A DNA stretch of 64,000 nt from Anaeromyxobacter sp. (lineage in GTDB: Bacteria; Myxococcota; Myxococcia; Myxococcales; Anaeromyxobacteraceae), in the NCBI GenBank assembly GCA_035708485.1, contig DASSSJ010000118.1, forward strand, positions 155,771 to 219,770, given 5' to 3'. Positions 28,550 through 37,270 of the stretch are shown here, piece by piece. The notes beneath the pieces were generated by a model. That model searched no databases, had not been told where the DNA came from, and saw only the letters and a program-made list of their open reading frames with translations. Position numbers and translations under genes: made by a program. The stretch's first letter is position 1. The number at the start of each line of letters is the position of its first letter.

Positions 28550-29686
28550 CTACGTCCCCACGTTCCTGAGGTCGGGCTGCCCGCCGTAGGTGTGCCAGAT
28601 CCGGCACTGCCCCTCCGACGAGACCATGCACGCCCCGACGGGCGCCTCGGGGACGCAGGTCTTCCCGAACAGCGCGCAGTCGGTCGGCACGCCGAGCCCG
28701 AGCATGATCGAGCCGCAGATGCACCCCTTCGCGGCCTCCCCCGCCTCGTCGTCGCGGACGCCGGCCGTGTCGATCCGGAAGCGCCTGCGCGCGTCGATCG
28801 CCGCCCACTCCGGCCGCAGGTCGAGGTTCCCGTCCTTCACCTCGGCGATGCCGCGCCAGGTCCCGGTCACGGTCCGGAACGCCTTCCAGAGGCTCCGCTG
28901 CGCGGGGAGGTTCCCCTCCCGCGTGACGCAGCGCGGGTACGCGTTGAACACCTCCGGCCGCCGGTCCTTCACGAGCTCGGTGAGCTTCAGGATCGCGGCG
29001 AGGATGTCGAGCGGCTCGAACCCGGCGACGACGACCGGCGAGCCGGTGCGGGCCGCGAACGGCTCGAAGATCCCCCAGCCGGTGATGGTCGCGGCGTGCC
29101 CGGCCGCGACGTAGCCCTCGATGTTCGTGTCCTCGATCCGCGACACGACGTCCATCGCGGCGGGGACGTACTTGTGCACCGACAGGATCGAGAAGTTCGG
29201 CGGCACCGGCGCGAGCGCGATGGCCGCGGTCGCGACCGCGGTCGTCTCGAACCCGCTCCCGAGGAAGACGACCTCCTCGCCCGGGTGCGCCTTCGCGAGC
29301 TCGACCGCCTGCGCGACCGAGTAGACGATCTCGACCTTCCCGCCGTCCGCCTGCGCGTCGGCGAGCGAGCGCGCCGTGCCGGGGAGGCGGAGCATGTCGC
29401 CGTAGGTGCAGACGCGGGCGCCCTGGGCCGCGAGCGCGACGGCCTCGTCCACCTCCGGGCCGTCGGTGACGCACACCGGGCAGCCGGGCCCCATGATGAG
29501 CGTGAGCTCCGGGGGGAGCACCGCCCGGAGCCCGAACCGCGCGATGGCCTGCTCGTGGCTGCCGCACACGTGCATCACCGAGATCGGCCGGCCGATGGCG
29601 GCGACGTTTCGCGCGAGCGCCTCCGCGAGGGCGCGGGCCCGCGCCGGATCTCGGAACTTGAGCTCGGCGAAGAGGTCGCGGCTCAC
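28550..29686 (-). CDS. hypD: Hydrogenase maturation Fe-S protein
   Basis: MHVCGSHE, GPGCPVC, GFETT, GFEP, GACMVSSEGQC. Confidence 0.96.
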   Translation of the reverse strand: MSRDLFAELKFRDPARARALAEALARNVAAIGRPISVMHVCGSHEQAIARFGLRAVLPPELTLIMGPGCPVCVTDGPEVDEAVALAAQGARVCTYGDMLRLPGTARSLADAQADGGKVEIVYSVAQAVELAKAHPGEEVVFLGSGFETTAVATAAIALAPVPPNFSILSVHKYVPAAMDVVSRIEDTNIEGYVAAGHAATITGWGIFEPFAARTGSPVVVAGFEPLDILAAILKLTELVKDRRPEVFNAYPRCVTREGNLPAQRSLWKAFRTVTGTWRGIAEVKDGNLDLRPEWAAIDARRRFRIDTAGVRDDEAGEAAKGCICGSIMLGLGVPTDCALFGKTCVPEAPVGACMVSSEGQCRIWHTYGGQPDLRNVGT

Positions 29687-29970
29687 GGCTTGTCCTTGCC
29701 GGCCGCGATCTCGCCCCGGACGTCGGCGGCCATGAGGTCCTCCCTCGCGCCGGTGACGTCGAGGATCTGATCGAACAGCGCGAGCGTCTCCTGGACCTCC
29801 TCGGGCGGGATGCGGCGGATCGCGAACCCGACGTGGTTCAGGACGTAGTCGCCGACCTGGACCGGCTCGTCCACGATGTCGAGCCGGAGCTCCTTGCGGA
29901 CGCCGAAGAAGTCGACCGTCGCGTTCAGCCCGTCGATCGCGACCACCTTCCCTGGGACGCCGAGGCACAT
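29683..29970 (-). CDS. hypC: Hydrogenase assembly chaperone
   Basis: MCLGVPGK start, VGDYVLNHVGFAI. Confidence 0.96.
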   Translation of the reverse strand: MCLGVPGKVVAIDGLNATVDFFGVRKELRLDIVDEPVQVGDYVLNHVGFAIRRIPPEEVQETLALFDQILDVTGAREDLMAADVRGEIAAGKDKP

Positions 29971-29984
29971 GCGTTCCGTCCTCC

Positions 29985-32381
29985 TCACCGCGCCGTCGCG
30001 TCCGCGACGACGGCCTGGCCGAGCGCGATCCCGCCGTCGCCCGGCGGCACGTGGCCATGTGGGTATACCGCGAACGCGCCCGAGAGCTCGCCGAGGATGC
30101 CCTCGGCGAGCCGGGCGTTCTGGAAGCAGCCGCCCGTCAGGACGACGGGGAGGGGGCCGGTCCGCCGCGCGGCGCCGCGGACCAGCTCCGCCCCCGCCGC
30201 GGCGAGCGCCGCGTGGAACCGCGCCGACACCGCCGCCGGGGGCGCGCCCGCCACGACGTCGCGCGCGAGCGCGCGCCACAGCGGCCGCAGGTCGAGCACG
30301 TCGAGCCCGCCCTCGGCGGCGACGTCGAAGGGGTAGGGCGGCTCGGGGGGCCCGGCGGCGGCGTCGAGGGCGAGCGCCACCTGCCCCTCGAAGCGCGACC
30401 AGGGCCGGCCGAGGGCGAGCGCGCCCGCCGCGTCGAAGGCGCGCCCCGCGCCGTGCGCGCGCGGCGAGTTCACGCCGCCCGCGATCATCCGGCGCGCCAC
30501 CGCGATCTCCTTCGGGTCCACCGCGCGGAAGAGCGGGACCCGGTCCACGGGCGCGTCCTCGCCGAAGGCGTCGAGGAGCGCCGCGAGCGCGATGCGCCAG
30601 GGCTCCTCGACGGCGCGGTCTCCGCCCGCGAGCGCGAGCGGCCGGAACGTCCCGAGCCGCTCGAACCGGCCGCGCTCGACGAGCAGCAGCTCGCCGCCCC
30701 AGGCGGCGCCGTCGGTCCCGAGCCCGGTGCCGTCCCAGGCGAGCGCGAGGGCGGGGCCGTCGAGGCCGTGCTCCGCCATCGCCGCCGCCGCGTGCGCGTG
30801 GTGGTGCTGCACCTGCACGAGCGGCACCCCGAGCGCCCTCGCGCGCTCGCGGGCCCAGCGCGTCGACAGGTAGAGCGGGTGGAGGTCGCAGGCGACGACC
30901 TCCGGACGGAGCGCGAGGAACGCCTCGAGCCGGCCGATCGCCGCCTCGAACGCGGCGTAGGTCTCGAGATCGTCGAGGTCGCCCACGTGCGGCCCGAGCA
31001 CCGCCTCGTCCCCGCGCGCGAGGCAGACCGCGTTCTTGAGCTGCGCGCCGACCGCGAGCACGGGGCGCGCGAAGCGGCGCGCGACCTTCACCGGGCGCGG
31101 GACCCACCCGCGCGACCGGCGCAGGACGAGCGGACGCCCCGCGACGACGCGCGCGACCGAGTCGTCGCAGCGCGAGGCGATGGGCCGGTCGTGGACGAGG
31201 AACAGATCGGCGATGCCGCCGAGCCGGCGCACCGCGTCCTCGTCCTCGAACGCGATGGGCTCGTCGGAGAGGTTCCCGCTCGTCATGACGAGCGGCCGCC
31301 GCGCCTCCGCGAGCAGCAGGTCGTGGAGCGGCGCGTAGGCGAGGAGGACCCCGACGAGCGGGCTCCCGGGCGCGATCTCCGGCGCGAGCGGCGCGTCTTC
31401 GTGGCGGGGGGGCCGGGTGAGGCTCGGCCCCCCCGAGCCCCCCGCTCGCTCTGGGGCAGCCTCATCCGGCTGCCCCTCCGCTCGCTGGCGCCGCCGGCAC
31501 AGCACGATGGGGCGCTCGACCGACGCGAGCAGCGCCTCCTCCGCGGCGGACGGCTCCGCGAGGGCGCGCGCCTCGGCGAGATCCCGGACCATGACCGCGA
31601 GCGGCTTCTCCTCCCGCCGCTTGCGCTCGCGGAGCGTCCGGACCGCGGCGGGCGAGGTCGCGTCGCAGGCGAGGTGGAACCCGCCGATCCCCTTCACCGC
31701 GACGATCCGGCCCTCGGCGAGCGCGCGGCCGGCGAAGGCGATCGGGTCGTCCGCGGGGACCGGCGCGCCCGAGCGGTCCCGGAGCGCGACCGTCGGGCCG
31801 CATTCGCGACACGCGTTCGGCTGCGCGTGGAAGCGGCGGTCGCGCGGGTCGCCGTGCTCGCGCGCGCAGGCCGGGCACATGCGGAACCCCGCCATGGTGG
31901 TCGCCGGGCGGTCGTACGGGGCGCCGAGCGCGATGGTGAACCGCGGCCCGCAGCTCGTGCAGTTCGTGAACGGGTAGCGGTGGCGCCGGTCGTGCGGGTC
32001 CCGGAGCTCGCGCAGGCAGTCGGGGCAGGTCGCGAGGTCGGGCGGGATCGCGGTGCGCCGCTCGGCGGCGCCGCCGCTCTCCACGATCTCGAAGCCGGCG
32101 ACGTCCTCGGGCGCGATCGCCGCGCTGCGCAGGTCGTCGACCACCGCCGCCGCGGGATGGTCGGTGCGAAGGCGCGACACGAACCGGTCGAGCGTCGCGG
32201 CGGGACCGAACGCGTCGATCGTGACGCCGCCCGCGTCGTTGCGGACGCGGCCGCGCACCCCCTCCTCGGACGCGAGGCGGTACACGAACGGGCGGAAGCC
32301 GACGCCCTGGACCGTGCCGGTGAGCACGATCCGTCTCCCCTCTCCGGGCCCGCGCCCGCCTTCTCGTGTCTCCGGACTCAT
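29985..32381 (-). CDS. hypF: Carbamoyltransferase
   Basis: GTVQGVGFRPF, zinc fingers CPDC/CTSC/CPAC/CREC, KGIGGFHLAC, QHHHAH, DGTG, GDGGIALGQ. Confidence 0.96.
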   Translation of the reverse strand: MSPETREGGRGPGEGRRIVLTGTVQGVGFRPFVYRLASEEGVRGRVRNDAGGVTIDAFGPAATLDRFVSRLRTDHPAAAVVDDLRSAAIAPEDVAGFEIVESGGAAERRTAIPPDLATCPDCLRELRDPHDRRHRYPFTNCTSCGPRFTIALGAPYDRPATTMAGFRMCPACAREHGDPRDRRFHAQPNACRECGPTVALRDRSGAPVPADDPIAFAGRALAEGRIVAVKGIGGFHLACDATSPAAVRTLRERKRREEKPLAVMVRDLAEARALAEPSAAEEALLASVERPIVLCRRRQRAEGQPDEAAPERAGGSGGPSLTRPPRHEDAPLAPEIAPGSPLVGVLLAYAPLHDLLLAEARRPLVMTSGNLSDEPIAFEDEDAVRRLGGIADLFLVHDRPIASRCDDSVARVVAGRPLVLRRSRGWVPRPVKVARRFARPVLAVGAQLKNAVCLARGDEAVLGPHVGDLDDLETYAAFEAAIGRLEAFLALRPEVVACDLHPLYLSTRWARERARALGVPLVQVQHHHAHAAAAMAEHGLDGPALALAWDGTGLGTDGAAWGGELLLVERGRFERLGTFRPLALAGGDRAVEEPWRIALAALLDAFGEDAPVDRVPLFRAVDPKEIAVARRMIAGGVNSPRAHGAGRAFDAAGALALGRPWSRFEGQVALALDAAAGPPEPPYPFDVAAEGGLDVLDLRPLWRALARDVVAGAPPAAVSARFHAALAAAGAELVRGAARRTGPLPVVLTGGCFQNARLAEGILGELSGAFAVYPHGHVPPGDGGIALGQAVVADATAR
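31405..31486. repeat. Double-hairpin element inserted in-frame in hypF
   Basis: Hairpins 31405-31435 and 31453-31476; direct repeat CCGCTCGCT at 31442 and 31478. Confidence 0.65.
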
Positions 32382-32426
32382 GAGGCGGGGAGTCGCAGCG
32401 GCCAAAAAAGGCTTGAGATTTCGAGA

Positions 32427-32456
32427 ATTGTATCAGCGCCGGCCTCGCGAGCACAA
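32427..32456 (-). promoter_or_regulatory. Probable sigma70-type promoter of the hypFCDEAB operon
   Basis: Minus strand TTGTGC-N18-TACAAT with an extended-10 TG. Confidence 0.55.
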
Positions 32457-32462
32457 CGCGCG

Positions 32463-32647
32463 CGGGCCACCCGTCGGGGAATCTCACATCCCGTGCAAAG
32501 GGGGAGGTGGGTCGGACGGCTGTCCCACTTGGGCGTACCGGGGCCAGGGGATAGGCGAGCGCGCGCCCGATGTCTAGACTTGGAGTGGATCGGCTTCACG
32601 GGTCCCTTTCGGAAAAGCCCTCGGTCGCGCGACCGGGGGCTTTTCCG
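32463..32647 (+). ncRNA. Candidate structured small RNA
   Basis: Nested stems closed by CCCGTG/CACGGG and followed directly by a terminator; no credible ORF. Confidence 0.3.
32610..32647. terminator. Bidirectional intrinsic terminator
   Basis: CGGAAAAGCCCTCGGTCG-CG-CGACCGGGGGCTTTTCCG with U-runs on both strands; downstream of hybD. Confidence 0.8.
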
Positions 32648-32709
32648 TCTCGTGGCGACACCCACCCGCGATCGACCCGCCGCGGCGCTCGACGCGGGCG
32701 GTGGCGCCG

Positions 32710-33249
32710 TCAGGCGTCCGGCGCGGGCCGCTTCTCCCACCAGAGGTCGGGCTCGCGCGGCGGCACGCGCTCCGCGAGCGCGACGCCGAGGGCGCGGAGC
32801 TCGGCGGCGACGCGCTCGACGGCGGCCGGCACCGCGGCGCGCACCTCGGGCGAGAGGCCGATGCCGGTCTCGGTGCGCGCGGGGACCACGCCCACGAGCC
32901 GCACGACCGGCGGCGCCACCCCCATGAACTCGGCGTTGAGGAGCGCCTCGCGGACGCCGGGCTCGTGCGGGCTCACGGCGAGGACCGGCTTCCGCGAGAG
33001 CAGCTCCGCCTTCTCGTACACGCGCAGCTCGCCGGGCGCGCCCTTCGCCTTCACCGCGTCCACCAGGAGCGCCGCGTCGAGCCCGACGAGGAACGCGGTC
33101 AGGTCGTAGCCCGGCGTGCCCGCGTCGATGACCTGCACGTCCGCGGGGAGCGCGTAGCGCGCCTCGACCACGCGGACGACGTGGGGGCCGATCGCGTCGT
33201 CGCCGGTGAGGACGTTGCCGATGCCGATGATGGCGACGCGCTGACCCAT
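32710..33249 (-). CDS. hybD: Hydrogenase maturation endopeptidase
   Basis: GIGNVLTGDDAIG, DAGT, VDAV, SPHE. Confidence 0.9.
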   Translation of the reverse strand: MGQRVAIIGIGNVLTGDDAIGPHVVRVVEARYALPADVQVIDAGTPGYDLTAFLVGLDAALLVDAVKAKGAPGELRVYEKAELLSRKPVLAVSPHEPGVREALLNAEFMGVAPPVVRLVGVVPARTETGIGLSPEVRAAVPAAVERVAAELRALGVALAERVPPREPDLWWEKRPAPDA

Positions 33250-33265
33250 TCGCCGACGGAGCCCT

Positions 33266-33306
33266 CCCGTGCACGAGCCCGCGCCCGAGCCCGGGCGCGG
33301 GCGCGC
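33266..33306. repeat. Short intergenic repeat (family B, copy 2)
   Basis: CCCGTGCACGAGCCCG...CGGGCGCGGGCGCGC as at 16619-16656. Confidence 0.6.
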
Positions 33307-33315
33307 TCACGGGTT

Positions 33316-35052
33316 CTACAACACCTTGACCCGGGCGATCTCCTCGCCCGCCTGGTCGACCGTGTGGATCGCGCAGGCGAGGCAGGGGTCGAACGAGTGG
33401 ATGGTGCGCAGCGCCTCGAGCGGCAGCTTGGGGTCGGCGATCGGATTCCCGACGAGCGACGCCTCGTAGGGGCCCCGCTGGTCCTTCCCGTCGCGGGGGC
33501 CGGCGTTCCAGGTGGACGGCACGACCGCCTGGTAGTTGGCGAGCTTCATCGTCTTGCCGTCCGTCTCGATGACGCTCCAGTGCGAGAGCGTGCCGCGCGG
33601 CGCCTCGTGGAAGCCGACGCCCTTGTACGTGCCGGGCTTCAGGCCCTTCAGCGGGTCGACGAAGATCGTCGTGTCGCCCTTGCCGACGTTCTCGGCGAGC
33701 AGCTTCCAGTGCTTCTGCGCGAGCTCGGAGAGGACCGCGCACCGGACGGCGCGGGCGGCGTGGCGGCCGAGCGTCGAGTGGAGCACGGCGGGGGTGAGCT
33801 TCACGCCCGCGATCTTGCCGGCCGTGCCGAGCATCCAGTCGCCCCACCTCCGCATGCCCTCGTGCCCCTGCACGTACCCGACGAGCACCTGCGCGAGCGG
33901 TCCGACCTGCACCGGCTTGCCCTCGAGGCGCGGCGCCTTCACCCACGTGTAGCGCTCCGGCGCGGGCTCGCCCTGCTTCCAGTCGCCGGTGTACCTCGGG
34001 ACCGTCTCCTCCTCCCACGGCCCCTTCGTCCAGTCGCCCTCGTACCAGGCGCGGGCGATCGACTCGGTGACGTTCTGCTTCAGGTAGTCGTCGTTCCACC
34101 CCGTGACCGGGCGGACCTTCGAGAGGTCGCCGTTCCAGATGACGCCGCCGGGGAGGTCGAACGTCGTCATCTTCGCGTCGGTCGGCATGTCCGGGACGGC
34201 GAGGTAGTTCGTGACGCCCGCGCCGAACTTGAGCCAGTCGGGGTAGCTCGCCGCGATGGCGGCCACGTCCGGCAGGTAGACCTGCGTGATGAACCCGGCC
34301 ACCTCGTCGAGCAGCGACTTCACCTCGTACAGCCGCTGCATGTTGAGGGCGGCGGGGCTGTCGAGGTTGATCGCGTTCGCGACGCCGCCCACGGCGAGGT
34401 TCTGGATGTTCGGCGTCTTCGAGCCGAGGATCGCGACGACCTGGTTCGCCTTGCGCTGGACGTCGAGCGCCTGCAGGTAGTGCGCGACGGCGAGGAGGTT
34501 CACCTCCGGCGAGAGCTTCATCGCGGGGTGTCCCCAGTAGCCGTTCGTGAAGATGCCGAGCTGGCCCGCCGCCACGAACTCCTTCACCTTCTCCTTCACC
34601 GCGGCGAGCGCGTGCCTCGAGTTGCCGGCCCAGGTGAGCCCGAGCGAGTCGGCGAACGCCGCCGCCTTCTCCGGCGAGGCCTCGAGCACCTTCGTGACGT
34701 CGACCCAGTCGAGCGCCGACAGGTGGTAGAAGTGCACGACGTGGTCGTGCAGCGCGTGGGCGCCGATGAGGATGTTGCGGATGAGCTGCGCGTTGAGCGG
34801 GATCTCGAGCCCGAGCGCGTTCTCCACGGAGCGGACCGAGGCGATGGCGTGGACGGTGGTGCACACGCCGCAGATCCGCTGGGTGAACACCCACGCGTCG
34901 CGCGGGTCGCGTCCCTTCAGGATGGTCTCGATCCCGCGCCACATCGTCCCGCTGGACCACGCGTTCTTGACGGCGCCGCCCTCCACCTCGACGTCGATCC
35001 GGAGGTGACCCTCGATCCGCGTGACCGGATCGATCGTGATGAGCTTGCCCAT
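33316..35052 (-). CDS. hybC: [NiFe]-hydrogenase large subunit
   Basis: DPVTRIEGH, L1 RICGVC, EAPRG, L2 DPCLACAIH plus cleavable C-terminal extension. Confidence 0.96.
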   Translation of the reverse strand: MGKLITIDPVTRIEGHLRIDVEVEGGAVKNAWSSGTMWRGIETILKGRDPRDAWVFTQRICGVCTTVHAIASVRSVENALGLEIPLNAQLIRNILIGAHALHDHVVHFYHLSALDWVDVTKVLEASPEKAAAFADSLGLTWAGNSRHALAAVKEKVKEFVAAGQLGIFTNGYWGHPAMKLSPEVNLLAVAHYLQALDVQRKANQVVAILGSKTPNIQNLAVGGVANAINLDSPAALNMQRLYEVKSLLDEVAGFITQVYLPDVAAIAASYPDWLKFGAGVTNYLAVPDMPTDAKMTTFDLPGGVIWNGDLSKVRPVTGWNDDYLKQNVTESIARAWYEGDWTKGPWEEETVPRYTGDWKQGEPAPERYTWVKAPRLEGKPVQVGPLAQVLVGYVQGHEGMRRWGDWMLGTAGKIAGVKLTPAVLHSTLGRHAARAVRCAVLSELAQKHWKLLAENVGKGDTTIFVDPLKGLKPGTYKGVGFHEAPRGTLSHWSVIETDGKTMKLANYQAVVPSTWNAGPRDGKDQRGPYEASLVGNPIADPKLPLEALRTIHSFDPCLACAIHTVDQAGEEIARVKVL

Positions 35053-35072
35053 GGACGTTGACCTCTATCCTT

Positions 35073-36314
35073 TCAGCTCGCGGCGGCGGACTTCGCGCCG
35101 GCGGCGGTGTGCGTGCGGCCGTCCTCGACGACCACCACGGGGAAGAGCCTCGACACCAGGATGAACACGGCGACGCCGACGGCGGCCATCCCCACCGTGA
35201 TGGTCGTCTCGCCGAGCGACGGGAAGTAGTTCCAGCCCGCCGGGACCGGGGTGCCGTCGGCGCGCCACCCCGCCGGCCGGTACATCGTCATGTAGGCGTT
35301 CACGCGGTAGACCGCGCCCGCCCAGACCGCCAGGAGCGCCGCGCCGAACAGCCGCCCGCGGTTCGCCTGCACGCGGGGCAGGTAGAACATCACGGCGGGG
35401 ACCGCGAAGAGCGCGAGCTCGACGGCGAAGAAGAACGTCGGCCAGTTCGGGCCGAGGTAGCGCAGCTTGCCGTGGAGCGCGATGTCGCCGAGCCGGATCG
35501 CGAGGTAGGCGACGAGCAGCCCGGCGTTCACCTGCGACATCCGCGCGAAGAGCCGCTGGTCGTGCCTGGCGTTCCAGCCGAGCTTCAGGATCGAGACGAG
35601 CACGACCACCGCGCCGTAGCCCATGGAGAGGCAGGAGACGAGGAACAGCAGCGGCAGGAGCGGCGTGTGCCAGAGCGGGTGGACCTTGGTGACGGCGAGC
35701 AGCATCAGGCCGCCCAGGGAGCTCTGGTGCATGGTGGGGAGCAGGATCGCGAGGGCGATGACGTACGGCATCTTCCTCGCCAGCGCGGCGCCCCAGCGGC
35801 GCCCGAACGCCGCCCAGCGCGGCTTCGCGCTCTCCGCGGCGCCGTCGAACACCGCGGGCAGCACCTCCACCCAGAGCACGAAGATGTAGCTCATCACGCA
35901 GACGGCGACCTCGAGGAGCACCGAGGCGAGGTTCCACCAGGGCACGACCGGGAGGAGCACCGCGTTCCAGTAGCGGCCGAGCGCGATCACGATCGAGCTG
36001 CCGCCGAGCGTGTACGAGATGGCCCCGACGAGGACGGCGGGCCGCACGAGCGGGTGGTACTCGCCCCGGTTCAGGAGGTAGCAGAGCAGGCCGACGCCGA
36101 ACGCCCCGGCGCCGATGCCGGTGAACACGACGACGTTCACGGGCTCCCAGATGCCCCAGGTGAACCCGTCGGTCATGTTGGAGACCGTGCCGATGCCGAA
36201 CACGAAGCGCCACGCCATGAAGAGCGCCGCGACGCCGAACAGGCCGAGCAGCACGAGCATCGGGCGGTCGAGCAGCTTCCCGCCGATCGCGCGGGGCTGG
36301 ACGTGGGCGCTCAT
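35073..36314 (-). CDS. hybB: Hydrogenase NrfD-family membrane subunit
   Basis: Polytopic; WGIW, LPTMHQSSLG, HPLW, YFPS. Confidence 0.9.
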   Translation of the reverse strand: MSAHVQPRAIGGKLLDRPMLVLLGLFGVAALFMAWRFVFGIGTVSNMTDGFTWGIWEPVNVVVFTGIGAGAFGVGLLCYLLNRGEYHPLVRPAVLVGAISYTLGGSSIVIALGRYWNAVLLPVVPWWNLASVLLEVAVCVMSYIFVLWVEVLPAVFDGAAESAKPRWAAFGRRWGAALARKMPYVIALAILLPTMHQSSLGGLMLLAVTKVHPLWHTPLLPLLFLVSCLSMGYGAVVVLVSILKLGWNARHDQRLFARMSQVNAGLLVAYLAIRLGDIALHGKLRYLGPNWPTFFFAVELALFAVPAVMFYLPRVQANRGRLFGAALLAVWAGAVYRVNAYMTMYRPAGWRADGTPVPAGWNYFPSLGETTITVGMAAVGVAVFILVSRLFPVVVVEDGRTHTAAGAKSAAAS

Positions 36315-37270
36315 CGCGTCTCCTCCTCGCCGTGCGCGGCGGCAACCTCTTCCTTCCGCTTGTTCCGGTGGACGACGAAGGCCATCGCGGCGTAGAGCGC
36401 GACCGGCGTCACCCCGTGCACGTACGGGGCGTGCGAGACGCTCTCCGAGAACCGCGCGGCGGAGCCCTCGCCCAGCGCCGGGAACCCCATAGCCTCGAAG
36501 GTCACGCCCGCGGCGGCGAGGTAGAGCACCTGGGTCCCGCCGCCCTCCCGCTCGCCGTAGACCCCGGGCGCGTAGCGCTCGGGCTGCGCGGCGAGGCGGC
36601 GCTTCGCCTCGGCGAGCAGCTCGGCGCGCCTGCCGTAGATCACCGCCGCGCGCGGGCAGACCTCGACGCAGGCGGGGTTCGCGACGGCGAGCGCCCCCTC
36701 CTTCGCCGGGTCGGCGCGGTGGCGGCACAGCTCGCACTTCACGATGGCCGGGAACGCCGCGTACCACTCGAACTTGGGCACGTTGAAGGCGCAGGCGATC
36801 TGGCAGTAGCGGCAGCCGACGCACGTCCACTTGTCCCAGAGGACGATCCCGGAGCCCTTCTTCTCGCCGTCGATCTTCCGCTTCCCCTCGCCCTCCTTGT
36901 GGAGCGCGCCCAGCATGCAGGCCGAGACGCAGGAGGGATCCACGCAGTGCATGCACTGCTGCTTCACGAAGACCTGCCCGCCGGCGTCGGTCGGGAGCGA
37001 CTTGATGACGTTCTTCGTCGTGCTGTTGAGGTCGGCGGGGGCGTCGTAGACGCCCCCGTTCGCCTCGACCGCGTCGGCGGGCAGCTTGTTGGACTCCTTG
37101 CACGCGGTCTGGCACGCGCGGCACCCGACGCACAGCGTGGAGTCGAAGAGCATCCCGACCGCGTCCGGCGAGGGCGCCACCTTCTCGCGGGCTTCGGCGG
37201 GGCGGGCGAGGGCGACGGCCGCCCCGGCCGCCGCCGCGCCCTTCAGGAGGTCTCGTCGAGAGAGGCTCAT
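36311..37270 (-). CDS. hybA: Hydrogenase 4Fe-4S ferredoxin subunit (Tat)
   Basis: SRRDLLK; CVGCRACQTAC, CMHCVDPSCVSAC, CVGCRYCQIAC, CELC..CVEVCP; C-terminal TM. Confidence 0.92.
   Translation of the reverse strand: MSLSRRDLLKGAAAAGAAVALARPAEAREKVAPSPDAVGMLFDSTLCVGCRACQTACKESNKLPADAVEANGGVYDAPADLNSTTKNVIKSLPTDAGGQVFVKQQCMHCVDPSCVSACMLGALHKEGEGKRKIDGEKKGSGIVLWDKWTCVGCRYCQIACAFNVPKFEWYAAFPAIVKCELCRHRADPAKEGALAVANPACVEVCPRAAVIYGRRAELLAEAKRRLAAQPERYAPGVYGEREGGGTQVLYLAAAGVTFEAMGFPALGEGSAARFSESVSHAPYVHGVTPVALYAAMAFVVHRNKRKEEVAAAHGEEETR

Noticed and set aside
32570-33109. 179-aa plus-strand ORF starting in the hybD-hypF gap
   Set aside because: Runs through a strong terminator and antisense to hybD; poor codon bias.
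33360-33400. Possible [NiFeSe] hydrogenase, given Sec usage in the window
   Set aside because: The L2 motif is DPCLAC with Cys codons and no UGA, so it is a standard [NiFe] enzyme.
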